DNA of 17,162 nucleotides from a virus (IMGVR_UViG_2579778634_000010:1-17162); one strand, 5' to 3'. Counted from the stretch's first letter, positions 7,411 through 16,093 are shown. A program made the numbers and translations. Notes: a model not told the origin generated them from the letters alone.

Positions 7411-7472
7411 TATAACGTTTTTCATAAAATGATAAATATAGTTATTGCACAACCAGATAACTTAGGTTATCT
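7411..7472 (+). promoter_or_regulatory. OL-like operators (7431..7444, 7456..7469; weaker 7411..7424) and pL candidate
   Basis: ATAAATATAGTTAT and ATAACTTAGGTTAT share the OR consensus and 25-bp spacing; candidate -35 TTGCAC 7444..7449 and -10 TATCTT 7467..7472. Confidence 0.55.
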
Positions 7473-7518
7473 TCAATTCAACAGCAGGACGCTGGAAGCC
7501 AAACGGAACAGATTGGCC

Positions 7519-7559
7519 GGCTCTTTAACATTGATGGACTCTCAACCTAATCGTTGAGA
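7519..7559 (+). promoter_or_regulatory. nutL candidate: boxA GCTCTTTAA (7520..7528) plus boxB hairpin (7540..7559)
   Basis: GCTCTTTAACATTG shared with nutR; stem TCTCAAC/GTTGAGA with loop CUAAUC; between pL and the N-like gene. Confidence 0.55.
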
Positions 7560-7669
7560 CCAAAATCTAAGTGATTTTGGGGATGACGCGAATTTCAGTT
7601 GCAAGGCCGCGATCGAGAAGAAAAACACCTCGACGCGTCATACACCAAAGCCACTTAAAGGAGACCATC

Positions 7670-7975
7670 ATGGTAACCATAATCTGGAAAGAATCCAAAG
7701 GTACGGCAAAAAGCCGCTATAAAGCTCGCAGGGAAGAACTTATTGCAGAGCGACGCAGTAGTGAAAGACTGACACGGAAGATTGCGCTAAAGATCTCTGG
7801 TTGCGTCGGAGCAGACAAAGCAGTATCACTCGGAAGCCTTCGCTGCAAGAAGGCAGAAGAAGTCGAGAGTAAACAGAACCGTATTTACTACCGCAAACCA
7901 CGCAGTGAAATGGGTGTGACTTGCTCAGGCCGCCAGAAACAACGCGGAAAATCAATTCCGGCTTATTACGATTGA
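7670..7975 (+). CDS. N: N-like transcription antiterminator
   Basis: 102 aa from ATG 7670 (AAGGAG 6 nt upstream); arginine-rich N-terminus KSRYKARREELIAERRSSERLTRK; C-terminus YYRKPRSEMGVTCSGRQKQRGKSIP resembles lambda N (WYSKPGERGITCSGRQKIKGKSIP). Confidence 0.8.
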   Translation: MVTIIWKESKGTAKSRYKARREELIAERRSSERLTRKIALKISGCVGADKAVSLGSLRCKKAEEVESKQNRIYYRKPRSEMGVTCSGRQKQRGKSIPAYYD

Positions 7976-7980
7976 GGTTA

Positions 7981-8265
7981 ATGATGAAGTTCAAATTGAA
8001 CGATGAAGTTAAATGGTCAAGCTCATCAAACGGTGTAACGAAGGTAAAAATCGGGTTTATCGTCGAGGTGATTCCTCCTGGTGTCAACGTAAAAAAATTC
8101 GAACTAGGCCGTCTGCTAGATGCACCTGGCCTTCCGAGGAAAGAAGAGAGCTATATAGTTTGTGTAGGTTCAAGACCCGGATCTCGTGCCAAGCCAAAAT
8201 ATTACTGGCCGCGAGTTAATAACCTGCGTCGATTACAACAAAAAACTTGCGCCCTTAAAACTTGA
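7981..8265 (+). CDS. Hypothetical protein (94 aa)
   Basis: ATG 7981 with GAGG just upstream, 5 nt after the N stop; no family recognised. Confidence 0.55.
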   Translation: MMKFKLNDEVKWSSSSNGVTKVKIGFIVEVIPPGVNVKKFELGRLLDAPGLPRKEESYIVCVGSRPGSRAKPKYYWPRVNNLRRLQQKTCALKT

Positions 8266-8371
8266 AATTCTTCAGGCCGCCGGAAAAATGCAGCTTAAAC
8301 TGGACGAATTCATCGACTGTATGGATGAAATGAATAAAGCAGTTCAGAAGCTTAAAGAGCTGACCGCCTGA
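8186..8371 (+). CDS. Small ORF of uncertain start (61 aa from GTG 8186, or 27 aa from ATG 8288)
   Basis: Overlaps the 3' end of the previous gene in another frame; no convincing SD; helical KAVQKLKEL C-terminus. Confidence 0.25.
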   Translation: MPSQNITGRELITCVDYNKKLAPLKLEILQAAGKMQLKLDEFIDCMDEMNKAVQKLKELTA

Positions 8372-8402
8372 TATTAATAAATTGCAACTACCGGAGTTAA
8401 CT

Positions 8403-8762
8403 ATGAATGAAACAGAACTGAAGCACATTATCGCCCTGCTTCTGGAAGATGCCAGACAGGTTTATCGACTTAGCCCAAATTCCGCAACGCAGGAACGCAT
8501 CCGGATAGCGGAAACAGCACTGAAACAGGACAATGGAAACGGCATATCCAAATTTAGCGCCGCCAGTGAAAATGAAGTAATAGAAATAAACAGCAATATC
8601 AGCGACAGTTGCGTCGCTTACAGCCACCAAATAATTCGTGTAAGTGCAAGAATAATGGAAGTGATGGCAAGTGAGCTTGAAAAGAACAACATCAAGCCCA
8701 CTGATTGTTGTTTAAGAACCGTAATGAACGTTATTTATTACTCGATGTTCCGAAGTCGCTAA
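8403..8762 (+). CDS. Hypothetical protein (119 aa)
   Basis: ATG 8403 with GGAG 6 nt upstream; no family recognised. Confidence 0.6.
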   Translation: MNETELKHIIALLLEDARQVYRLSPNSATQERIRIAETALKQDNGNGISKFSAASENEVIEINSNISDSCVAYSHQIIRVSARIMEVMASELEKNNIKPTDCCLRTVMNVIYYSMFRSR

Positions 8763-8940
8763 CAGCGTCGAGTTTTTCATTAAAAAATGATTCAAATGCA
8801 TCGTAAAATACGGCAATAGCACCGCCCTTATCTACCGCGGCAGGAACTGCCTTTTGAGGTATATCTTTCTCCGTAAATTGTGTGTTGTAAGTATCGACAG
8901 CCAGCCGCATCAGAAACATCACTTTTTCTTCTTGTGTCAT
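8731..8940 (-). CDS. Hypothetical 69-aa protein on the opposite strand inside the pL operon (sieB-equivalent slot)
   Basis: ATG 8940 preceded by AAGGAGAG; 3' end overlaps the 8403..8762 gene by 32 bp; a ~440-bp noncoding region lies upstream. Confidence 0.55.
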   Translation of the reverse strand: MTQEEKVMFLMRLAVDTYNTQFTEKDIPQKAVPAAVDKGGAIAVFYDAFESFFNEKLDAVSDFGTSSNK

Positions 8941-9164
8941 AAATTCACTCTCCTTACGGGGTTTGTAGTTGAGGAGTTCTCCACGGGTGAGGTGGAGATC
9001 GTGCGCCGGACACGGGTGAGTTCCTGCACTCTCAGTTTACTGAACAGACATTACCCTGAAAGCCAGGGTACTACACGAAAGCGCGAGGCGAAGACTCTTT
9101 CCCATAGAAGGATTGTCGTTAGATTTCTTCGACCGTGCGCTTCCGGTTGTGAATAACAACATTG

Positions 9165-9220
9165 CTGTGTGTAACCCTTGGCGGATATCGGTTTGCCGAT
9201 TGCTGATGTCCGCCCTTTTT
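9165..9220 (+). ncRNA. DicF-like small RNA candidate
   Basis: UUGGCGGAUAUCGGUUUGCCGAUUGCUGAUGUCCGCCC followed by UUUUU (stem 9180..9185/9209..9214); resembles the DicF body and terminator as I remember them; sits just upstream of a cell-division-inhibitor-like gene. The 5' end is not defined. Confidence 0.4.
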
Positions 9221-9396
9221 AAAGTGAATTTTGTGATGCGGTGAATGCGGCTATGCGCACGCGGAACAGTTAAACCGACAGGATGTCACGGAAAGTCATC
9301 GTCCCCTGACCCGGCGTTAGTTGTTAACTGGTTAACGTCACCTGGAGGCACCAGGCACCGCATCAACAAAGTTCATTTGTGAAAATGGAGATAATT

Positions 9397-9618
9397 ATGA
9401 TTGCTCATCACTTCGGAACTGATGAAATACCACGTCAGTGCGTGACGCCTGGCGATTATGTTCTTCATGAAGGTCGGACATATATCGCTTCAGCAAACAA
9501 TATTGAAAAGAGAAAACTCTATATTCGTAACTTCACAACAAAAACATGCATTACCGACTGCATGATTAAAGTTTTCATCGGGCGCGATGGCTTACCCGTA
9601 AAAGCAGCGTCGTTGTGA
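9397..9618 (+). CDS. KilR-like small protein (candidate cell-division inhibitor)
   Basis: 73 aa from ATG 9397 (GGAG 6 nt upstream), the length of Rac KilR; position between the accessory genes and the recombination genes; identity from memory, not searched. Confidence 0.5.
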   Translation: MIAHHFGTDEIPRQCVTPGDYVLHEGRTYIASANNIEKRKLYIRNFTTKTCITDCMIKVFIGRDGLPVKAASL

Positions 9619-9701
9619 CGAGTAATAAAATACACCTTCCATATCTGTAACAGACAAGCCGAAATAAAACCGCATTAATTATCAATCACGGAAAAATCAA
9701 A

Positions 9702-10088
9702 ATGAAAGAACTTGCGCAAAATGAAATATTTTCCGAAACCAGTCCTGATGCAATAAATGAACTCAAAGAAATTGCAGAACGCATCAGTAAAATATGCAAA
9801 GAATACAAAATCGACTTTGTATTTTCTTTTTCAGTGCTTACAGAAGTTGGAAATAACGAATATAAGGACAGTCGTTTTGTTTTATGTGGGTTAAATGGCA
9901 AAACACCAAGCCCATATATTCATGCTGCACGTGAAGTCGTCAGAAGCAACATTGGAGTACAACAAATCCATACACTGGCGCAGGCTCTTGAGTTTGCAAG
10001 AGAAAATTCCGAGTGCGACTGCCCTGAATGCCAGCACGAAAAGGGAAAAACAACTCACAAAACAGCAAACCAGGCAACCTTCCACTGA
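9702..10088 (+). CDS. Hypothetical protein with C-terminal CDCPECQ Cys cluster (128 aa)
   Basis: Complete ORF, weak SD; sits where racC/ydaE lie in Rac-type prophages. Confidence 0.55.
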   Translation: MKELAQNEIFSETSPDAINELKEIAERISKICKEYKIDFVFSFSVLTEVGNNEYKDSRFVLCGLNGKTPSPYIHAAREVVRSNIGVQQIHTLAQALEFARENSECDCPECQHEKGKTTHKTANQATFH

Positions 10089-10095
10089 AATAAAA

Positions 10096-10122
10096 ATCCG
10101 GCAGCGCAGGCTACCGGATTTC
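10096..10122 (+). terminator. Weak hairpin / possible antiterminated terminator between genes
   Basis: Stem ATCCGG/CCGGAT with 12-nt loop followed by TTT; U-tract is short. Confidence 0.25.
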
Positions 10123-10195
10123 TCCCTGCGTCACCGTATTCGGAGAAATCAGACAAAGGGCCGCTAATTCTAATCCAGCCAGAGGTTTAAATACA

Positions 10196-12268
10196 ATGAG
10201 CGCTGATAAACAGACTTTTGCACTACACTGCGAAGCAAAAAACGATAAAGTCAGAAAACGCCTTGGCATCAAAGGCGGTTTTTTCTGGACCGAGGCCAGA
10301 AAACTTTCTGTCGCAGTTTCCCGCTGCATTGCAGCCATGGACGATGCAGGCTACGACGAGGATGATTTCAAAAAACCCGTTCGCGTAAATTTCCCCGTCG
10401 TGAATGACCTTCCACCGGAAGGCGTGTTTGATACTGAATTCTGCAACCGCTATGAAAAAGGCGGTAACGATGGCATCACCATGATGGCTATCCCCTTCGA
10501 TGACAACATCAACGGTGAAGATGCCACAACTGCTGGCGATGACAACGATAACCTGGACGGAACTATTCCGGATGATGTGGAGAAAAGCGAATCCCCGGAC
10601 AGCGACGATGACTGTTCTGAGTGTGAAATTCCCGTCGCCACTCTGAGCCTTACTCATCGCTTCCTTCACCTCTTCTTATTCAGCAAAGATGAAGATGGAA
10701 AATACCGGCATCATGCCACACCAGAACAACGCAATAACGTGATCCGTATGGAGATGGACACAGAGGACAGTTACCTTCAGAGCCTGCTTACTGCTGTGCG
10801 CGCCGCGCATCATGAACTGGATAAACTGACGAACTATCACCTTAGTCGCCTGGCTGAATCTGTAGGGAAAGCATTCCCCCACTCTGCAAATCATCGCATC
10901 AGCCCGGCTGAATTCGACAAGTTCATTTCCACCTGGATGAAAACTGACTACCTTGATCAGGGCCTGCTGACAAAAGAATGGCAGAACGGAAATTATGTTT
11001 CAGGCATTACCCGTACGCCTTCCGGTGCTAACGCTGGCGGCGGAAATATTACCGATCGTGGTGAAGGATTCAAACATGATAAGACATCACTCGCACGAGA
11101 TGTAGCCACCGGCGTTCTGGCCCGTTCAATGGATGTGGATATTTATAACCTGCACCCAGCACACGCAAAACGCGTTGAAGAAATCGTGTCAGAGAATAAG
11201 CCGCCCTTTTCTGTTTTTCGCGACAAATTTATCGCCATGCCCGGTGGGCTGGATTATTCCCGCGCCATTGTGGTGGCTTCCGTGAAAGAAGCACCAATCG
11301 GCATTGAGGCCATCCCGGCACGCGTGACTGAATATCTCAACAAAGTGTTGACCGAAACCGATCACGCTAACCCGGATCCGGAAATCGTGGAAATTGCCTG
11401 CGGTCGCTCATCAGCACCGATGCCGCAGCGCGGAACAGCAGAAGGAAAACATGGCGATGAAGAAAAGCAACAAGCATCGGACACAATGGCTAATGAACAG
11501 GCAGCGCCTGAATCAGTGGAAGAAATTCCAGTTAAACATAATGAGGACACGCAATCACTGGAAAATGTCTCATCTGTAGAAACGAAATACCAGGAACTGA
11601 GGGAGGAACTCAATAAAGCCAGGGAAAACATCCCCCCAAAAAATCCAGTCGATGCCGACAAATTACTGGCTGCCTCGCGTGGAGAATTCGTTGAAGGCAT
11701 CAGTAACCCTGCTGATCCGAAGTGGGTTAAGGGGATCCAGACTCGCGACACTGAGGACCAGAATCAGTCCAAAGTGGAACAAATTGCCCCAGAAGCGGGA
11801 CAAAACAGCCCGGATACGCAACAAAACGGGCCAGAAGAGCAACAGCCAGGGCCAGTAATGCAACAGGAAGTGGAAAAGGTTTGCACCACATGCAGTCAGA
11901 ACGGTGGCGGCCATTGCCCTGACTGTGGTCCAGTAATGGGAGATGAAACTTACGCTGAAACTTTTGGAGAAAATGACGCCGCTGATGGAGAAGACTCAGC
12001 ACAAACTGAGGAGAAGATCATTCAGGAAAACTCTGTTGATGCCGCTCAGGAGGGCGAAACCGTTGTTCAGAACGAGCCAGGCAGTGATACGTCCGGCGAT
12101 GACGCCAATTCTGAGCCAGTAACTCTCGACTGGAAAAGACAGCTCGTGATTGCCGCCGTCTATGGTTTGTGCGCCAACCCCGCATGTATAGCCACAGCGC
12201 CAGCAATCCCTGATATCGCCATCATGATTGCCAACAGGCTTGAAAATTTCGGAGGTGATAAATCATGA
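10196..12268 (+). CDS. Large acidic low-complexity protein (690 aa), possibly related to the RecE N-terminal region, without a nuclease domain
   Basis: Uninterrupted 2073-nt ORF; D/E-rich tracts; CxxC...CxDC near the C-terminus; stop overlaps the gam start (ATGA); the RecE resemblance is from memory. Confidence 0.8.
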   Translation: MSADKQTFALHCEAKNDKVRKRLGIKGGFFWTEARKLSVAVSRCIAAMDDAGYDEDDFKKPVRVNFPVVNDLPPEGVFDTEFCNRYEKGGNDGITMMAIPFDDNINGEDATTAGDDNDNLDGTIPDDVEKSESPDSDDDCSECEIPVATLSLTHRFLHLFLFSKDEDGKYRHHATPEQRNNVIRMEMDTEDSYLQSLLTAVRAAHHELDKLTNYHLSRLAESVGKAFPHSANHRISPAEFDKFISTWMKTDYLDQGLLTKEWQNGNYVSGITRTPSGANAGGGNITDRGEGFKHDKTSLARDVATGVLARSMDVDIYNLHPAHAKRVEEIVSENKPPFSVFRDKFIAMPGGLDYSRAIVVASVKEAPIGIEAIPARVTEYLNKVLTETDHANPDPEIVEIACGRSSAPMPQRGTAEGKHGDEEKQQASDTMANEQAAPESVEEIPVKHNEDTQSLENVSSVETKYQELREELNKARENIPPKNPVDADKLLAASRGEFVEGISNPADPKWVKGIQTRDTEDQNQSKVEQIAPEAGQNSPDTQQNGPEEQQPGPVMQQEVEKVCTTCSQNGGGHCPDCGPVMGDETYAETFGENDAADGEDSAQTEEKIIQENSVDAAQEGETVVQNEPGSDTSGDDANSEPVTLDWKRQLVIAAVYGLCANPACIATAPAIPDIAIMIANRLENFGGDKS

Positions 12269-12561
12269 ATGCCTGGCTTATCCCCGATCGCATTGAAGAG
12301 CAGTCATGGGCACGACACTACCAGCAAATTGCCCGTGAAGAAACTGAAGCTGAGCTGGCAGACGACCTGGAAAAAGGTCTGCCCCAACACCTGTTTGAAT
12401 CGCTATGCATCGATAATCTGCAACGTCACGGGGCCAGCAAAAAAGCTATTTCCCGTGCATTTGATGACGATGTCGATTTTCAGGAACGCATGGCAGAACA
12501 CATCCGCTACATGGCTGAAACCATCGCCCGTCACCAAATTAATATTGATTCAGAGGTATAA
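12265..12561 (+). CDS. gam: Gam, host RecBCD inhibitor (short GamS-length form)
   Basis: 98 aa; [50 protein letters not shown] close to lambda Gam; GGAGGT 8 nt upstream. Confidence 0.9.
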   Translation: MNAWLIPDRIEEQSWARHYQQIAREETEAELADDLEKGLPQHLFESLCIDNLQRHGASKKAISRAFDDDVDFQERMAEHIRYMAETIARHQINIDSEV

Positions 12562-12566
12562 AACGG

Positions 12567-13352
12567 ATGAGTACAGCACTCGCAACGCTGGCAGGGAAGC
12601 TGGCTGAACGTGTCGGCATGGATTCTGTCGACCCACAGGAACTAATCACCACTCTTCGCCAGACGGCATTTAAAGGTGATGCCAGCGATGCGCAATTTAT
12701 CGCATTGTTGATCGTCGCCAACCAGTACGGCCTTAATCCCTGGACGAAAGAAATTTACGCCTTCCCTGACAAGCAAAACGGCATCGTTCCGGTGGTTGGC
12801 GTTGATGGCTGGTCCCGCATTATCAATGAAAACCAGCAGTTTGATGGCATGGACTTTGAGCAGGACAATGAGTCCTGTACATGCCGGATTTACCGCAAAG
12901 ATCGCAATCACCCGATCTGCGTTACCGAGTGGATGGATGAATGTCGCCGCGCACCATTCAAAACCCGCGAAGGCAGAGAAATCACCGGACCGTGGCAGTC
13001 GCATCCCAAACGGATGTTACGGCACAAAGCCATGATTCAGTGTGCTCGCCTGGCCTTCGGATTTGCTGGCATCTATGACAAGGATGAAGCCGAGCGTATT
13101 GTCGAAAATACTGCATATACTACAGAACGTCAGCCGGAACGCGACATCACCCCGGTTAACGAAGAAACCATGTCGGAAATTAACGCCCTTCTTACTTCCA
13201 TGGAAAAAACGTGGGATGACGACCTGTTGCCGCTCTGTTCCCAGATTTTTCGCCGCAACATTTACACATCTTCAGAACTAACACAGGCTGAAGCTGTGAA
13301 GGTTCTTGGATTCCTGAAACAGAAAGTCACAGAGCAGAAGGTAGCAGCATGA
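12567..13352 (+). CDS. bet: Bet (Red-beta) single-strand annealing protein
   Basis: 261 aa, near-identical to lambda Bet as remembered ([50 protein letters not shown]...). Confidence 0.95.
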   Translation: MSTALATLAGKLAERVGMDSVDPQELITTLRQTAFKGDASDAQFIALLIVANQYGLNPWTKEIYAFPDKQNGIVPVVGVDGWSRIINENQQFDGMDFEQDNESCTCRIYRKDRNHPICVTEWMDECRRAPFKTREGREITGPWQSHPKRMLRHKAMIQCARLAFGFAGIYDKDEAERIVENTAYTTERQPERDITPVNEETMSEINALLTSMEKTWDDDLLPLCSQIFRRNIYTSSELTQAEAVKVLGFLKQKVTEQKVAA

Positions 13353-14026
13353 CACCGGACATTATCCTGCAACGTACAGGGATCGACGTGAGAGCTGTCG
13401 AACAGGGGGATGATGCGTGGCACAAATTACGGCTCGGCGTCATCACCGCTTCAGAAGTTCACAACGTGATAGCAAAACCCCGCTCAGGAAAGAAATGGCC
13501 TGACATGAAAATGTCCTACTTCCACACCCTGCTGGCTGAGGTTTGCACCGGTGTGGCTCCGGAAGTTAACGCTAAAGCGCTGGCCTGGGGAAAACAGTAC
13601 GAGAACGACGCCAGAGCCCTCTTTGAGTTCACTTCCGGCGTGAATGTTACTGAATCCCCGATCATCTATCGCGACGAAAGTATGCGCACCGCTTGCTCTC
13701 CCGATGGTTTATGCAGTGACGGCAACGGCCTTGAACTGAAATGCCCGTTTACCTCCCGGAATTTCATGAAATTCCGGCTCGGTGGTTTCGAGGCCATAAA
13801 GTCGGCTTACATGGCCCAGGTGCAGTACAGCATGTGGGTGACACGAAAAGATGCCTGGTACTTTGCCAACTATGACCCGCGTATGAAGCGTGAAGGACTG
13901 CATTATGTCGTGGTCGAACGGGATGAAAAATACATGGCTGGTTTTGACGAAATGGTGCCAGAGTTCATCGAAAAAATGGACGAGGCACTGGCTGAAATTG
14001 GTTTTGTATTTGGGGAGCAATGGTGA
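13349..14026 (+). CDS. exo: Exo (Red-alpha) 5'-3' exonuclease
   Basis: 225 aa, near-identical to lambda Exo as remembered ([54 protein letters not shown]...); ATGA overlap with bet. Confidence 0.95.
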   Translation: MTPDIILQRTGIDVRAVEQGDDAWHKLRLGVITASEVHNVIAKPRSGKKWPDMKMSYFHTLLAEVCTGVAPEVNAKALAWGKQYENDARALFEFTSGVNVTESPIIYRDESMRTACSPDGLCSDGNGLELKCPFTSRNFMKFRLGGFEAIKSAYMAQVQYSMWVTRKDAWYFANYDPRMKREGLHYVVVERDEKYMAGFDEMVPEFIEKMDEALAEIGFVFGEQW

Positions 14027-14077
14027 TAGCCAGTAGCAACGAGGTGCAAATGATATGACAATTAAGGAATACTACCG

Positions 14078-14329
14078 GTGTTCGTTCTAATCCAGCGCGG
14101 GCAGTCTTTCGTCGATGCCAACAACTATCCGGTTGAAGTCTGCAAAATCACTCTGACGCAGGTAATCTTCCGCAGGCTGGATGGGAGAACCAGAGCCGCT
14201 TCAATTAGCGCATTTAATGCAGAATTTGAGCGAATCGATCACAACGAACTACACATGATTAAAGCAGAAATTGAGAAGGAAAAGCATATTGCCAGCCTTC
14301 GAAAAATGCGCCGCATATCAATCAACTGA
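14078..14329 (+). CDS. Hypothetical small ORF (83 aa, GTG start)
   Basis: No SD; only support is the strong intrinsic terminator 2 nt after its stop. Confidence 0.3.
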   Translation: MFVLIQRGQSFVDANNYPVEVCKITLTQVIFRRLDGRTRAASISAFNAEFERIDHNELHMIKAEIEKEKHIASLRKMRRISIN

Positions 14330-14330
14330 C

Positions 14331-14351
14331 AACCGCCTTCGGGCGGTTTTT
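14331..14351 (+). terminator. Intrinsic terminator with UUCG tetraloop upstream of xis
   Basis: AACCGCC-TTCG-GGCGGTT followed by a T-run to 14351. Confidence 0.7.
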
Positions 14352-14363
14352 AATGGCGAAAAT

Positions 14364-14735
14364 ATGGATTCACACAGTATCACCCTCAAAGAGGCCTGTA
14401 AGTTTCTCAAGATATCAAGGCCAACAGCTGTTAACTGGATACGAACGGGCCGACTACAGGCAACCCGAAAAAATTCTTCCGGTAAAAGATCACCTTATCT
14501 CACAACCCGGCAAGCCTGCATTGCAGCACTTCATTCACCGCTGCATACTGTCCAGGTGAGCGCGGGTGATGGCATAACAGAGGAAAGAAAATGTCACTCT
14601 TCCGCAGAGGTGAAATATGGTACGCCTCGTACTCGCTCCCGGGCGGGAAGCGAATTAAGGAGTCTCTTGGCACAAAGGACAAGCGGCAAGCTCAGGAGTT
14701 GCACGACAAGCGAAAAGCAGAACTCTGGCGAGTAG
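14364..14735 (+). CDS. xis: Excisionase (Xis/YdaQ-like)
   Basis: N-terminal [31 protein letters not shown] is a typical excisionase HTH; the ORF stays open 145 nt into int, so the C-terminal extent is uncertain. Confidence 0.6.
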   Translation: MDSHSITLKEACKFLKISRPTAVNWIRTGRLQATRKNSSGKRSPYLTTRQACIAALHSPLHTVQVSAGDGITEERKCHSSAEVKYGTPRTRSRAGSELRSLLAQRTSGKLRSCTTSEKQNSGE

Positions 14736-15754
14736 ACAGACTGGGGGATATGCCAGATGTCACTTTCGAAGAAGCCTGCCTGAGATGGCTTGAGGAAAAA
14801 GCCGACAAGAAATCCATCGATTCCGATAAATCCAGAATCGCATTCTGGATTGAGCATTTCGAGGGAATAAGGATTAAGGATATATCGGAGGCAATGATCT
14901 ACTCAGTTATCAGCAAAGCGTATAACCGAAAAACAAAGGAGAGATGGAAGTTGCAGGTGGAGGCTGCATTAAGAAAAGGGAAAGAACCACCAGCCTATAT
15001 ACCTAAATCGGTGAGCACGCAAACAAAAGCAACACACCTGGCAATGATCAAGGCTATTCTGCGCGCCGCAGAGCGAGACTGGAAATGGCTTGAAAAAGCA
15101 CCTGTAATCAAAATACCTGCCGTAAAAAACAAACGCGTGAGATGGCTGGAAAAAGAAGAAGCCAGGAGACTCATTGATGCATGTTCTGATCCCCTGAAAT
15201 CTGTAGTTAAATTTGCACTGGCAACTGGCCTGAGGAGATCAAACATTATTAATCTGGAGTGGCAACAAATCGATATGCAGCGACGTGTTGCCTGGGTAAA
15301 CCCTGAAGACAGTAAGTCAAACCGCGCTATTGGGGTCGCACTGAATGACACTGCCTGCAAGGTGTTGCGTGATCAAATAGGCAAACATCACCGCTGGGTG
15401 TTTGTTTATACCACTGCTGCCAGAAGGCCTGACGGGACAATGACACCAAGCATCAGAAAGATGCGCCTGGACTATAACACATCGTGGTTAACAGCATGTC
15501 GTCGGGCAGGAATTGAAAATTTCCGTTTTCATGACCTCCGCCATACCTGGGCCAGTTGGTTAATTCAGTCAGGTGTACCACTGTCAGTACTTCAGGAAAT
15601 GGGCGGCTGGGAGTCTATCGAAATGGTGCGTAGGTACGCACACCTTGCACCTAATCATTTGACAGAGCACGCGAGGAAAATTGACGACATATTGGGTGAC
15701 GATGTCCCAAATTTGTCCCACCCTGAGGTTTTTGAGGATGCAAAGAAAGCATAA
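14591..15754 (+). CDS. int: Tyrosine recombinase / phage integrase (Rac IntR-like)
   Basis: 387 aa; GAGGAAAG upstream; catalytic motifs [25 protein letters not shown]; N-terminus resembles Rac IntR as remembered. Confidence 0.95.
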   Translation: MSLFRRGEIWYASYSLPGGKRIKESLGTKDKRQAQELHDKRKAELWRVDRLGDMPDVTFEEACLRWLEEKADKKSIDSDKSRIAFWIEHFEGIRIKDISEAMIYSVISKAYNRKTKERWKLQVEAALRKGKEPPAYIPKSVSTQTKATHLAMIKAILRAAERDWKWLEKAPVIKIPAVKNKRVRWLEKEEARRLIDACSDPLKSVVKFALATGLRRSNIINLEWQQIDMQRRVAWVNPEDSKSNRAIGVALNDTACKVLRDQIGKHHRWVFVYTTAARRPDGTMTPSIRKMRLDYNTSWLTACRRAGIENFRFHDLRHTWASWLIQSGVPLSVLQEMGGWESIEMVRRYAHLAPNHLTEHARKIDDILGDDVPNLSHPEVFEDAKKA

Positions 15755-15886
15755 GTAATTGAATTAGAATGAGTTAAGCTCACGCTTTCAAGTGGTGAGC
15801 AACAACTTTAAAGTTGGTTACGTATCGTTTAAAATCAATTAGATAGCCCGTCATTTCTGCGCTCACACGTCCCAACATTGAAAAAC

Positions 15887-15920
15887 ATGCAAAGCTTTGT
15901 AAGCCGATGCAAAGCTTTGT
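15887..15920. repeat. Two 14-bp direct repeats ATGCAAAGCTTTGT (15887..15900, 15907..15920), each with palindrome CAAAGCTTTG
   Basis: Read directly; 20-bp periodicity, 130 bp downstream of int; candidate arm-type or regulator sites. Confidence 0.5.
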
Positions 15921-16009
15921 GTGTCTCACTTTTGTCCCAATACCAATCCGAATCCACCCTTTGTCATCATTGAGAAATGGCAAGGAAGAAAAGGATGTTA
16001 CTGCACGAT

Positions 16010-16039
16010 TTGACAAATCCGCCAGAGCTATCGCATACT
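16010..16039 (+). promoter_or_regulatory. Promoter candidate TTGACA-N18-CATACT upstream of ant cassette 1
   Basis: Consensus -35 TTGACA (16010..16015); matched by TTGACG-N18-TATACT (16520..16549) at the equivalent place in cassette 2. Confidence 0.4.
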
Positions 16040-16065
16040 GATCGCACTGAACAAATAAGCGGTCT

Positions 16066-16093
16066 CCGCACCCGATAGCTTTGCGGCTTTTTT
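16066..16093 (+). terminator. Intrinsic terminator in the leader of ant cassette 1
   Basis: Stem CCGCA/TGCGG followed by CTTTTTT; about 50 nt downstream of the promoter candidate. Confidence 0.6.

Larger units (their letters stand above)
1..16065. mobile_element. Mosaic lambdoid prophage, early/immunity/replication/recombination/integration half
   Basis: Co-linear cI, cro, cII-like, O-like, DnaC-like, N-like, gam-bet-exo, xis and tyrosine integrase genes, with operators, nut sites and an oop-like RNA in the expected places. Boundaries not determined; left end runs off the window. Confidence 0.85.

Noticed and set aside
8854-9156. 100-aa + strand ORF in the long spacer
   Set aside because: No SD, overlaps the - strand 69-aa gene and the structured noncoding region; the region is flagged as regulatory or sRNA-bearing instead.
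10223-12206. Several short - strand and alternative-frame ORFs inside the 690-aa gene
   Set aside because: All are nested in the long uninterrupted + strand ORF and lack ribosome-binding sites.
12642-14020. Antisense and alternative-frame ORFs within bet and exo (12642..13004, 12796..13035, 13042..13281, 13709..14020)
   Set aside because: Nested within genes matching lambda Bet and Exo; no independent support.
14353-14559. 68-aa ORF in an alternative frame of the xis region
   Set aside because: Nested in the excisionase reading frame region; the excisionase HTH is in the other frame.
15780-16016. Minus-strand ORF of 78 aa downstream of int
   Set aside because: TTG start, no SD, spans the direct repeats and the promoter candidate; more likely att or regulatory DNA.
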